Source: Adineta vaga (lineage: Eukaryota > Animalia > Rotifera). From it: DNA of 64,000 nt. The notes beneath the pieces were generated by a model. That model was not told the DNA's origin and did not search any database. It saw nothing but the letters and a program-made list of their open reading frames with translations. Location: the NCBI GenBank assembly GCA_021613535.1, contig CP075492.1:6014001-6078000 (forward strand), in the 5' to 3' direction. A program made the position numbers and the translations under genes. Within the stretch, counting starts at the first letter, position 1, and every line of letters starts with the position of its first letter. Below are positions 1-12,424 of the stretch, one piece after another.

Positions 1-436
1 TGCCAATGAAAGTCAATACATTATCTTTATTGATCCAAGAAATATGATCATTGATGAACAATTACCACATATACTTGTACATTTACTTGAAGATAAGACA
101 TCATTAACTTTAACGAGTTCTTGTTTTGGATCAGTTGCACATGTCATAGGTGATGTGACCATTTGGAGAGCTGACATGTACAATGATACTATCATATCGC
201 CGTTTGTAATGAAACATATCAAGAAATATGAAACACTTCTAGAAGAACAATTAGTAAATATTTATGCAAAACGAATGAAAAATGAATATGAGAAAGGTAT
301 TCGATTAGCATCAGCACTTTATGCAACACAACGACATAAACTTTTACAATCAATGTTACCTTTAGCAGTTCCACGTTTTACAACAATCATGAATGAATTC
401 GAAGCATTATATCCAAAGGATCTCATTGATAATTAA
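1..436 (+). CDS. 3' end of a protein-coding gene truncated by the window edge, function unknown
   Basis: Frame is open from position 2 (ANESQYIIFIDPRNMII...) to TAA at 434-436, followed by an AT-rich 3' UTR. Confidence 0.6.
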   Translation, partial: ANESQYIIFIDPRNMIIDEQLPHILVHLLEDKTSLTLTSSCFGSVAHVIGDVTIWRADMYNDTIISPFVMKHIKKYETLLEEQLVNIYAKRMKNEYEKGIRLASALYATQRHKLLQSMLPLAVPRFTTIMNEFEALYPKDLIDN

Positions 437-1395
437 CATTGCATTCTTCGCATTCTTTTTTTACTTATTGAAATAACAAACAGAAAAAAATCATAATAGA
501 AAATAGTAATAGTTCATTTTTCAATCTCATGGGAGATGTTAGATAGTAAACAACTATAAAATATAATAAAACAAAATGTAATTCATAGTTCTAACTAACA
601 ATTGATGTTATGGATTGATCGATTCTTCGCATTGAATTTCCTATAAGTAAGCATTAATCAAGTTTTTAACATATATGCTAGATCGGATGTAGACAGTAAC
701 ATAAAAATATAACTATGGAATAATTAAATGCATGATTTTACTAGACAATAAATTTGAAAATGAAACAACCGTTGTTGATTAAAGTGTGCTTTAATGTTAA
801 CTAGGTAGAAAAATGTTGTGCTTATTCTACTGAAAACAATCTGATGTGCGTATAGAAGAACTCTGCTTGCAACTTCTCGTTTAATTACATATTCTTACTT
901 TTTATACCACAAGTTTTACTCAGAGATAGTCGACTGATATTTTAAAGTAATACTCTTGATAACACGATGATTTGAATCGATCGTCGATTTCCCTCGTCAT
1001 TCGATTGAAACAAATAATTCTATTGTAAAAATAATCCGAACTATTTGTTATTTTTCTCTTAAGATTTAAAAGACTTTCATTTGTTAATGATAAGATTAGA
1101 CTTGCTTATATATTTTTTAATGTATTACCCTCACAGAATAAATGACATCTATTTACATTCAGTATTTAATCGACAAGAAAGCTTTGCATGTCGACTTAGA
1201 TCTCTATGGAATGCCCACGCGTTTTCAATCAGTTAAACTATGTATAATGTTTTCTCATTTCTCGCTTTTTTTTTCTTTTTTTCCATTTTTCCCCGAGGAA
1301 ACTCTGTCGCATTCATTTATTTTAGAATCATATTACTAAATTCTTTCCTGTTTCAATGAACATTTATTTTCGGATCATTTTTATCGACTAGTTTC

Positions 1396-2363
1396 ATGAC
1401 GACTTTGTTAAAAATTCAAATCTTATCCGTTCTAGCAACTGTTATAACAAATCTTATTGCTATAATAACATTTACAACGGATTATTGGACAATTATTGTT
1501 TATGATTTAGTCAAATTACATTCGTATACGAAATGGATGGTCATGGAAGAAGCAAATAATAGTAATATCTATATAATTAACAATACTAATGAAACACCGA
1601 TATTACCTGGAAATAATTTTCCATTATCAAATATTGTCTTTGGTTTTGAAGATAATTTAGTTTTATTTAAAACTCATAAAGGAATCTTTCGTCAATGTAA
1701 TTATTTAACGGATGATATGCGATCATATTTAAGTATACCAAAATGTCGAACATTGAAAATTGCTCATAATCGATATAGTGATGTCGTTCATGGAATGATC
1801 AATCCTGGACGAGAATTTATGCGTAAATAATGATCTTGTTTGTTATTGTTTCGAGATTGACGAAGTTCTTAGTTCGGAGACAGAAATCATTTCCTGCTTT
1901 CAAATAAAGTTCCGTTGAAAAACATGTTCATTTGATTATTTTAGGTTTACATAATATTGTCGCTTCATGTGCCATTCTAATTATACTTCTTCTTGTCGTT
2001 TGTACACTCGTTGGAATTATTGTTGGTATTCTAAATAGTGAAGTTCTAGCAACCATGACTGTTGGAATCATCTATCTAATTTCAAGTAAATTGTATTTTG
2101 ATATTCTAGAATGAAAATCTCTCTTTGTTCTAGCTATGTTTAGTTTATTTATTGTCACTATTATGTTTACAATCTTACGAGGTGAACGTAAACAATCGCA
2201 TTGTTTAGCATTAGAAATTTTAACTGATCCATTATGTTCATCTCGTACAATTGAACTTTCCTATTCTTTTATATTTGGATGTGTACTTGTTGTTTTTTCA
2301 TTTATCACATCTGTTTTATGGTTATCATTACAAGAAAAACAACGAAAATTTGCACAACATTAA
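1396..2363 (+). CDS. Claudin/PMP22-like four-TM membrane protein (3 exons)
   Basis: Exons 1396-1822, 1945-2085 and 2134-2363 join in frame through GT-AG introns. TM1 is followed by TDYW, then the G-I-F-R-Q-C...C loop motif and three more hydrophobic helices, including ELSYSFIFG. Confidence 0.75.
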
Positions 2364-2417
2364 ATTCGAAAAAAAAATAAAATTTAGTTTTAGTATTGCT
2401 TGAGAAACAAAGAATTG

Positions 2418-2681
2418 TTAAAAGAATCGTGTACGTCGAATACCAGTAAATGGATTTGTTCGTCGATTTCGATTTTTATAATCATAATCCACGTCAACTA
2501 TTGTTATAAATCGACTGAGAATAAATGCCACAAGAAAGGAAAATAAAACTAGACAAGTAAAAAACATATACCAAGAACATTCATCAAATAAATCGTTGAA
2601 TGATGGTAAAAGTTGAGAGAAATGTTTGATAATCTCTCGTTGAGCATCGAGACGACGTTGAGAATTTTTCAATAATGTCAT
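2418..2681 (-). CDS. Small single-pass membrane protein (87 aa)
   Basis: ATG at 2681. LPSFNDLFDECSWYMF...LVAFILSRFITI resembles a small conserved invertebrate membrane-protein family (recalled). One TM and a basic tail. Confidence 0.65.
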   Translation of the reverse strand: MTLLKNSQRRLDAQREIIKHFSQLLPSFNDLFDECSWYMFFTCLVLFSFLVAFILSRFITIVDVDYDYKNRNRRTNPFTGIRRTRFF

Positions 2682-3966
2682 TTCAATCGATAAAATTGTT
2701 TCATCAATGTGAATAATGAACAAAAGAAGAAAGTAAATGTCACATAGGTTTCTAGAAATGCGTAGTTAGTCTAACTATCATTGTTGACGAATGTAAAAAA
2801 AAGAGAAAGAAAAAAAAACGATGAAGTAGCATGTGCTTGTTATTCGCGAGGAATGACGACGTCTCAGCAACATCTCGTCGTTTTCATCCTTTTTTTTCTG
2901 CTTCGTTCTCTAGATGAACGTCATGTAGATAGATTACTGAACTTTTTTTTCTTCTCCGTTCTTCCATCTACACGGAACTTGTTTTTTTCCTTCTCCATAG
3001 AATATGTAATTTTATGCGTTCAGATAACGTATGATTCTTTTCTCGTTGTACTCATTAGAATGAATAACTTAACCTTGCTCTTACGGAATCGATGTTTCTC
3101 TCTATATATTTTATCTTTGTTATCATCAATTCACCTTGTCAGATTGATAAACGTTAAATTAATATTGTAAAAAAATAAAAATTAATGATGATTATGCAAG
3201 GTTTTCTTTAACAAAACAAGTCGACTTTTTTTTTCGCATGACTACTATTGCTTGATAGATCATATGTACATTTGATTAATTCAATAAAAGCCGAACCTGA
3301 AATAATCATTTAGTCTAACATGATTTATCTCTTGTAATTTGATCTCCATATATTAAAGTCAATTCATGCAAAATAAAGTCCTTGGAGATCACTTTATATA
3401 AAGGTATAAAAATTCATGGAATGTATTCAATCGAGAGGTTTTCTTTTTGACTTTTACATTTACACGTACATTGTTCAACATGAGCGACCTTTTTTTCTCT
3501 CTTTCTTTTGTCTACCTGTTGGTGATTTTTATCAACATATCCTCAACTATGTAAGTATATGTCTACTTAGACTGTGAAATGTAAAGAAAGACGAAGCGCA
3601 TAGGAGGATATGTATAGTCCAGACTAATGGGCATAGACAAAGAAAGAAGAGATTCATTTTATTCTCTTTACATTCATAATGAACATATTCTTTTGTTTGT
3701 TCTCTCTCCCTCTGCATGAGTATTGGTGTGTCTGGTTTTTGTCGAAGGTTATACATGCGATGATGAATCATGATAATAACAACAGTTAGTTTTAACTTTC
3801 ATTCTTTTTTTTTTATTTCAAAGACTCGAAGGTTAAAATGTGTGACCTTGTTAAAATTTTACATTTCTTTGCTTTTTGTCTAATAGACACTTGATGAAAC
3901 TAATCCATTCGTATCAATTGCTTGATTCTTTCTCAGACAGACACTATTGTTTATCTTATCTTTTAG

Positions 3967-4902
3967 ATGTCAATTAAAATGAGTAATCCATCACAATTTG
4001 ATGTAGCTACAGCTGCACTTGAACATCTGGAATTACTTAATCGTTCGAATCAAAACCCATTGGAGATTGCTGCACAATTTCGAACGTTACTTCGTTCGAA
4101 AAAACCTCATTCATGCAATGTTGATTACACCTATACTGATTATATTACTGCGGATGCAACTCTTCGAAGACAAGGTTGCTTTCAAAATTTATCCAGTCAA
4201 CAACGATCGAAATCTTCAGGAAAGATTCAATGTAAATTTAATGAAGATCAATCGATGGTTGATTCATATTCTTCACAGGATTTGTCTAAATGTCAAAATA
4301 TTACAAGTTCAGTCGAAGATATGTATGTTGATTCAGGTATTGTTTCAACAGCGTCGAGCAATGCTTCGAATATTCGACCGATAATCACAGAAAAGAATAA
4401 TTTTAATCGTTTACAATATCCGACAATTAACTGGAGACAATTACGTGAAAAACAAAATGAACAACGTTTAAATAAAGTCAAACAATTCATTTCAACAAAA
4501 TTTCATATTCCAGGTGTTGAACCAACGAATTTATCTATGAGTTCATTAACAACTGTTACAGACAAATCCAATTTATCTACTTACTCAAATCCATTTCGAT
4601 CACGAAGAATTTTTCAAGACAGTGTTTCAATCGATAATTCCATATCACGAAGTCGATCGGATTCATCATCACCAACATCCATTCGTACACCATCTATATC
4701 TCCAATTAATTCAATGCGATCAACGTATACAATTACTCGATTAGATTCCACATCACTTAATGATAATAACGAAGATATATTCGTTCCTATTGCTGATTGT
4801 AATTTGATTATTAAACATAAAGCAAATGGACGAATGAAGAGATTATCTCATTATGAAACGAAATATTTTCGTGATAATCCTGAAGAAACTATTTACATTT
4901 GA
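3967..4902 (+). CDS. Uncharacterized Ser-rich protein (311 aa, single coding exon)
   Basis: Long ORF with host-like codon usage. The ATG sits directly after a polypyrimidine-TTTAG acceptor. Confidence 0.7.
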   Translation: MSIKMSNPSQFDVATAALEHLELLNRSNQNPLEIAAQFRTLLRSKKPHSCNVDYTYTDYITADATLRRQGCFQNLSSQQRSKSSGKIQCKFNEDQSMVDSYSSQDLSKCQNITSSVEDMYVDSGIVSTASSNASNIRPIITEKNNFNRLQYPTINWRQLREKQNEQRLNKVKQFISTKFHIPGVEPTNLSMSSLTTVTDKSNLSTYSNPFRSRRIFQDSVSIDNSISRSRSDSSSPTSIRTPSISPINSMRSTYTITRLDSTSLNDNNEDIFVPIADCNLIIKHKANGRMKRLSHYETKYFRDNPEETIYI

Positions 4903-5226
4903 CATCATTTATATCAGAATTACTTTGTGTGCTTTTGATTATTATTTTTTCTTTCGATTTGACTATTTGATCTTTATTAGGCTTTGACTTTTTTTTATAA
5001 TTAGAAAAAAGAAGACCGAAACGTTTAAATCCATTCTGATCTTGTCTTCAAGCAAATTCATAACAAAACAAAAAAACAAAATAATGAAAGATCTTGGAAG
5101 TCAGCAGATATGGAAGGAAAATATAAACGAGATATTATCATCATAAAAGAAAAAAAAAAGAAAAACCGAAGTAGGATTATCACAGGGTTCTCGATCATGA
5201 AATTGTCTGTGAGTCTTTTTTTGATA

Positions 5227-8200
5227 TTATTCGATTACAACTAATTCTTCACCTTCTTGTAATGGTCGTTCAGTTAATTCATCACGTATAACTTTCATTA
5301 ATGAATCATCTGCAAGTTCGATATGTTCATTTTGATCAGTACTAGATTTTCGTTTATGTGCTTGAATAGAATGTGTTCGTTCACGAACTATATGTGTGAC
5401 TTCATCAGCTGGAACAAAAGTTTCAAATCGTAATGGTCGTCGATGACTACCGTTATCACTACTTATCCGACTTGTTGGAGATGCAATTTTGGCTGGTGAT
5501 AAACGTCGTACACTCGTTCGATGCGATGATGGACTTTCGATAATACTTCTATGTTGACTATCATTTTCATCATTTTGTTCACGTCGTTTCTTTGGTGGAT
5601 TGTTGATTGATCGATTGACAGGAGTAACGTCTCGTTCGTCATATCTATCAACAGTTTCTACGAGTTCATATTGTTCATGTTGTGGAAGTCGTATGCGTTG
5701 TTTTGAACCAGATGATGATGCTGTTGAAATAACTTCAACTAAACGACGTGTTTTCGGCGAACGAGTAGCAACTGCAACAGAACGACGTGCGGATGGTGGT
5801 TGGGAATATAACTCAACTTGACGACGACTAGAAGGAGCTTGATGAATGACTTCATGGGTACGATGAATAGGTGGTGTACGATAGGAAACGTCAACAGGAC
5901 GACGAGCCGGAACGAATGGAACAATTTCTGTCATAGAAACAGGAGATGAATGAGTCGATTTACTTGGAAATCGAAGCGGTCGCTTGGATAGATGAGTATT
6001 TTCAAATTGCTACAAATTGGAAATAAAAACAAAATCGATTATATCAGGAATTCATTTTCAAAACAATTCTGAAATGTACTTTTCTATCACAGCATCATTC
6101 TTTCTTAATTATTAAGTACAGGTCATATGTGTTTATGTTGTCCTCATCCTTGTATACTGCCTAATGCTTCAAGTCATTCTTTCATTGTTAAGCAAACATT
6201 TGCTTTGTCTCTTTCAATACCTCCTATCAAAACAAATTTATAAACATAATAAAAGCATTTCGTTGCTCGATTAGTAAAAAAAGAGTTTTTATAAATTTAA
6301 TTTCGCGTCTCCTCCCACAATTGCGAACTACTGAATTTTTCTGACTAAAGTACAATATAAAGTACAATTTAATGAATTACTCGAGAAGTTTTTGAATCTT
6401 CGGTTGGTGATCGTGTTTCCGATGATGTACGAGATGTAACTTCGGATATAATCTTCTTATTTCTTGCTTCTATTTGTTGAGCATATTCTTTTACTTTATT
6501 CGCTTTTTCTACCTAAATAGAACAAGATATATAAAATTGAAATTTTAAGAAGACAATGTTCAGACTTTTTCTCTATAAGTAGTATTCTCTGAATCAAAAC
6601 CAAGATGACCTGTACCAAATCCGCAATTCTTTTTAAATCGATCGTAATCACGCGTTGTATATGGTTTGAATTCTTTCGATCTTCTTGAATGATGCATCTG
6701 AGCTAGATATGAATCTTTAAAAAGGAAAATCATTTTGCATATGACAATGAACAAAACCAAAATCAATTCATACTTTCTTCTTGACTTCGATCAGTAAAAT
6801 TGTAAGTATCTCTCGTTTGATTTAATGAATTATATCCCGAATAACTCAGTCCGGTTGCTCGAGTACCAAGTGAGCCAGTGAATGAACTAGCACTTGTAGT
6901 CATTGCTACTGAACTTCGTTGAGGTGAATGTGTTGCGGGTAAATTCTAATAGTAAATATTATGAGATAATCATTCATTCATCAGACTGCATTCATCTTAC
7001 TTGATTGATACTACGTTCCATTTTTCGAATATGTCGATCTAATGCATCAGTAGTAGTCCGATTTGTTCGTTCTGAACTTGAATGATCTGTTAATTGTTGT
7101 TGTTGATGTTGTTGTTGTTGAGAGTTTTGTTCATCAAGAACACGTAAATTGATATCGACGGAAAGATTTTCATTCATATGATTTATATCACCATCTACAT
7201 AGAAAGGAAATCTTTCTTCATGAAACGAATCAAGAGAAATTTACCGATCGGAATCTCAACAATTGTTGGTATCGTACCAAATTGTCCTTGATTACCTGTA
7301 TTTAAATTAATGGTTAAGGGTAAAGTTGTCTGAGGTGAAAAATTTTGACTATGTTCATCATCATTTCCACCGTGTAGACCTTTTCGTTTTGTATAGAGAG
7401 TCTGATATTTTTGAGTTGAAATTCGATGAAAATAATTCTCTTTATTTTTAATCATTCCAATATTTTTTTCAATATAATTCGGTAGATCTGAATCGATTGG
7501 ACGATGAGAAAGACGTTGAGGCGATTGAGTTGCACGAGATGACTGTTGACCAGTGTAAGTAGTTGATGTTGTATTTGAACCTACTGTTGCTTTTCCTCGA
7601 GCAGGAAGTTCACGTTTTTTGACATTTTTATCTTGAAATTTTCCATTTGTCTGTTGTAATTTATTCCACATTGCTTTCGAAAAGAAAGAAGATCAATTTA
7701 AATGACTAGAACAATAAGAAAGGAAGTATTTACCTTGTCTTTTCTGATCTTGATTATTTGTTGATACTTTTTGTCGTGAATTATTGTGATGATTTGTTTG
7801 AAATAATTCGTCATCATTCGAAAGACTTGGTTCGAAAGTTTCACCCGTCGGATTAATGAATGGATTCGTATTTTGTTGTCGAAATGATGGAAGCCCGGGT
7901 GATGAATCATTTTGTTGATGCAATTGATGATCACGATCGTATTGATCAAAGTATAACTCTGGATCTGCAGGGTTCGATGAAGGTATATATATATCTGTAC
8001 TACCCATATTTACTGCATGAGGATACTGTTGTTGATGTTGACCTAATGTATTGAAAAGATCATTAAATCTACTACCGTATAACGAATCAATCAATGTTTA
8101 ATGTGAATGAAAGAAATTATTTGAATGTACACATCCTATCGATGTTTATTTGGCTTCAAAAAAGATTTTGATAGTAGTCAATGTTATTTATAATTCTTTC

Positions 8201-8881
8201 TTCTACACTGAAAAATATTATTTTTCCATTTGAAAGAAACCATACGAATCAAATTTTTGCATATACCTTTCAATGCATTTGCTATTTTAATAGGCGTAAT
8301 TTGCGTATAAGAAAGATCTTTCTTGTAAATCGAACTAATTTAAGCGAAAAGAAAATTTACCATGATTCACTTGTGATTGATAGGACATAGAATTTTGTGA
8401 ATGAATAGAAGGAGCATGAGATGATGTCGATTTTTGCTGATGAGGATTAGATAATGAATCAAGTTCTGTGAGTAAAGGATCGAATAGTGAATCTTGTCGA
8501 GCTTCATTTCTACGATCAAACAATGGTATACATCTATGAAATGATTCTCCTATGTTAATTGATTTACTTTGGTGTAGTTTCTGATGCATGAGAATGATGA
8601 TTATTCGTTGATTGAATATCGTACGGACTTTTTGTTGCACCTGCCTGAACTGATGATGCTTTACTAGTTGAATGGGATGATTGAGCCGTTAATCGACTTG
8701 AAGCATATCTATACATACTCTCGTCTTCCTTGTTACCATAAGAAGTTGTTTGTGGATAATCTGTTTGTCCATAGGTAGCATTGCCATCTTGAGTTTTCGT
8801 TTGTTCATCGTATGAATATGGATTATTGTTATAATCAGAAGTGTATTGATTGTCAACTAACATTTGATCAAAGGTAGTCAT
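5227..8881 (-). CDS. JHY-like (C11orf63) ciliary protein, multi-exon
   Basis: ORFs 8564-8881, 8335-8640, 7693-8094, 7195-7671, 6992-7177, 6560-6766 and 5227-5934 link through GT-AG introns. Conserved block FKPYTTRDY..GHLGFD...EKANKVKEYAQQIEARN matches the JHY motif. The last exon starts at 6009, in frame with 5934. Confidence 0.65.
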
Positions 8882-10418
8882 GATTGATTTTTTTCTCTTC
8901 TGAACCTACGAAAAGACAACAGATGGAATTATACTGACGTCAACATCATTCTCTCTTTTCGATGATTACTATGACAGCAATCCTTTGTTTACAGTTGAAA
9001 AAAAGAAAAAGAGAAAGAAAAAGAAACGAATATAGATGGCAGAGAAATTTCAATTAGAATAACATAGATTCGCATACTTAATTGATTTATGAAGAAAAAC
9101 AGTTGAAAATAGAATCATTTAGACCTTGTTTCAATAAATAATTTCTTCTTTATAATGACTAACTATCCTCAAGCAATATTGATCATAAGTAATGCTTTGT
9201 TGTGCAATTTGGTACCACACCCAATAATAATATTTCCAAAGAATATGCACTTATTTTACCTAAGAAAATCTTACTGATTAGTTACCTCTGTTTAAAATAG
9301 TATCGTTTGATTGTATTGAAGAAATGTTTGTTTCTAAGTATGTTTTCTTCTATATGTGTGAATTCTTAAATATCTAGCATCACATTTATAGAGAAACTAA
9401 GAAGAACAAAAATAGTTGGCTTTAAGCGAATAAACATTGTATTTTCACTCGATTGTATGACGACGTATTACTCCTATATCTACTTCTATTGTTTGACTTA
9501 CTTTTCAATATTTCGTAAACTCTATAGCCACAAATTGAAAAACAACGAGGACACTGCGCTCTTCTCCCGTTACAAATAAAGATGATCATCATCTCGTCTA
9601 TCTTACATATATATCTCTATTTAACTGGATATTCATAGACGTTATTAATAATTGCAACAGTATGTAAATACTTTGATGAAATGAATATTTTCCAAATACA
9701 AAACATCAATTCAAAAGATTGATCAACTAGTCTACTTAGCTTTTACCAATTATCACCAATCACAACACAATAATTATAGTTTTACATGTATCTTAATTTT
9801 CATCAAAGCGCTTTTCAAGCAACACAAATTCCATCATTTACAGATTTCTTGCACATTACTTTAAAAACATTTGATTCGATTACTAGAACATATGTTGTTA
9901 GTTGAAAGATTATTGATTGATTCTTTCCATATATATTAGTACATAACTTACACTTCAATCATTCATTCTCTCTCTTATTTTAGATATACTATTATGACCT
10001 AACATCCATAATCGCAAAAAACTTTCTATTCAATATCATACTCTAAAAATTATACCATGACGAAATTATATTAAATACGATTTTTTCCATTAACTATTCA
10101 AAGAATAACAAGTTTATACACCATTCGTTTCTTTTTAATATTGGAGATTTCATATACTTGAAATTACAAAAATGTCTTTTTTCGTCGTCATCGTCATCGT
10201 CATCGTCAACATTACCATATACGATAAACAAACAAAACTCGAACAGGTTTTTCAATCGTCTATATGCAATGGCGTAAAGAATCAAATAAGCTTTTCTTTT
10301 CTTTTTCTCTTCGTTTATTCATCAGAAGTTTTTTTCTTTTCTCTTCAATTTCTTCTTCTTCTTCTTCTTCTTTTGCTTCTGCCTCCTCTTAAGAGAAATA
10401 TAAATCAACATCATAGAG

Positions 10419-12109
10419 ATGTTGATGGCATCTCAGTCAACGTCGACCACTATTCAAACATTACCTTCAGATCAGTCGTACGAACAGAAACAGCAACAAG
10501 AATTTGAAGGCATAATAAACAGTCGAATTCTTCAATCCTAAGAAGAAAGAGTGAATTCCATGGATTCGGATGATGATATCAATAATAATCATTCTAAACT
10601 ATCAAATACTGATACTAATGGTCAATACTTGACTGAACAACCAATCGTGTCTAATCGTCGACCTTCTCGTCGAATTATTGGTGATAATACTCATGATCAA
10701 ATCTCTTCAGGAAATTTAAATGAACCGGATCCAAATGTCTTTCTCATATCTTCGGATACAAATTCTCATAATACTATACGTAAAACGAAACATGATGTCA
10801 AACGTTTTGTTATGTACATAGATGAACAATTCGGTGAACAAATATCTTTACATACAATCTCAGCAGAGACTCTCTGCAATTATTTGAAACATTATTTTGA
10901 AAATACGAAAAAATTCGATGGAACACAATATGAACCCGATACATTGAGAAGTTTTCTTTTAAGTATTGAACGTTATTTGAAAAGTAAAAACTACTCATAT
11001 AATCTCATGGAATCACCATTATTTCACTCTTGTCGGCAAGTCATTCTAAATAAACGAGAAGAATGGAAACGATTAGGTGGAACGAATCATTTGAAACCAT
11101 CAACATTGACATCATTGAATACACAAAATTTAACATTATTCGATCGAACAAAACCAGATGGTTTATTACTTGAAATGTATGTTCATATAACAAAATTATG
11201 TCAGTTATCCATTACACAATTACTCTGGAGTGATATTTCCTTAATTGATGAACAGTATTTGATTTGTCAACAAGATAAAATAGAAAATCCAACATTTAGG
11301 TTCTACAAAACATATCATAATTGATTTAGAGAAAATAAAACTTCTTGTTCTTTAGACTTTATGCTACACCTCATCAATTATCAAAATGTCCGGTGCAAGC
11401 TTATCGTCTTTACGCCACTCATCGACCGCCACAATGCAATACACCACAATCACCATTTTTCCTTACACCACGTTCAACGAATACTCATCATGTTTGGTAA
11501 GGTTAAAGAGTGAAATTCTGTCTATTATTTCAATTCTCTTCAAGGTACAAAACAACCGCAGCTGGTAAAAATCTTGAACAGATCCTTCAAAAAGCCATAC
11601 AACATGCTGCTCTTATAAAGCAATCTTCACCATCTTCTTTCGTAACGAAATCATTGTCAACAACGAATTTAAATGGTAAACGAAGTGAACCACCCACTAA
11701 TTTCTTTCCATTTCCAAAACGTGTGTCATCTTCCATTCAACCATTGAATCTATCTGTTACATCCACAGTCGAAGAAGATAGTGGAACAGCTTCTTCATCT
11801 CCATCGAATTCATCATCACATGAACTATTAGTCGATTTTTCAAATAAACAAATTTTAACTCCTGTTTGGAATGAAAATGTTACTGATATATTATTAACTG
11901 TAGCTAAACAACGAGATACACGAATGGTAAAGATCAATACACTTCGAGCCTATTTAGAAGAAAAGCTAGGTGTTGTGGAATTCTTATGTCTCTATCGTGG
12001 TTTTAAATCCGAACCAAAATTAACTTTTCATAAGACACCATGGGAACATTATCAACATTTTTTACCTGTTCTTTTTACATTACTAACACTTGACAATACA
12101 ACGGTTTGA
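10419..12109 (+). CDS. Crypton tyrosine-recombinase-derived (DUF3504; ZMYM/QRICH1/KCTD1-like) protein with NEK1-like C-terminal domain
   Basis: Motifs NTIRKT..DV.RF, LCNYLKHYFENTKKFDGTQYEPDTLRSFLLSIERYL, CPVQAYRLYATHRP...PFFLTP..W|YKTTAAGKNL. Introns at 11300-11355 and 11497-11544. The start is either 10419 or 10560. Confidence 0.75.
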
Positions 12110-12424
12110 TCAATGTCATTTTTTCTTCTACTTTTTCTTCTTCTTTTTTTATTCTGCTAAATCAAAAATTCACAAGGTCATGTAAATCTTGAATGTGTTT
12201 TAAACAGGAAAGATAAATCTTGTCTTTTCAAAATCGAAAAAAAACAGTTAAATTGAAAAGTTTCGACTTCGTATCACATATAGAAACAATAGATACATTA
12301 TTTTTCAACATAAATTATCAGTCTTTCTGCTAATTATAAGTTAGCTTTATCTTTTTTATATAATAAATCAAAGTAATCAGTTAAAATAGAACTAAATTTT
12401 TATAACAATGTTCATATAAAGAGA

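Noticed and set aside
2781-3771. Hydrophobic F/L/I-rich ORFs (also 10172-10507, 38079-38525 and many other 60-100 aa track entries)
   Set aside because: These arise from T-rich non-coding DNA or as antisense/alternative-frame shadows of real exons
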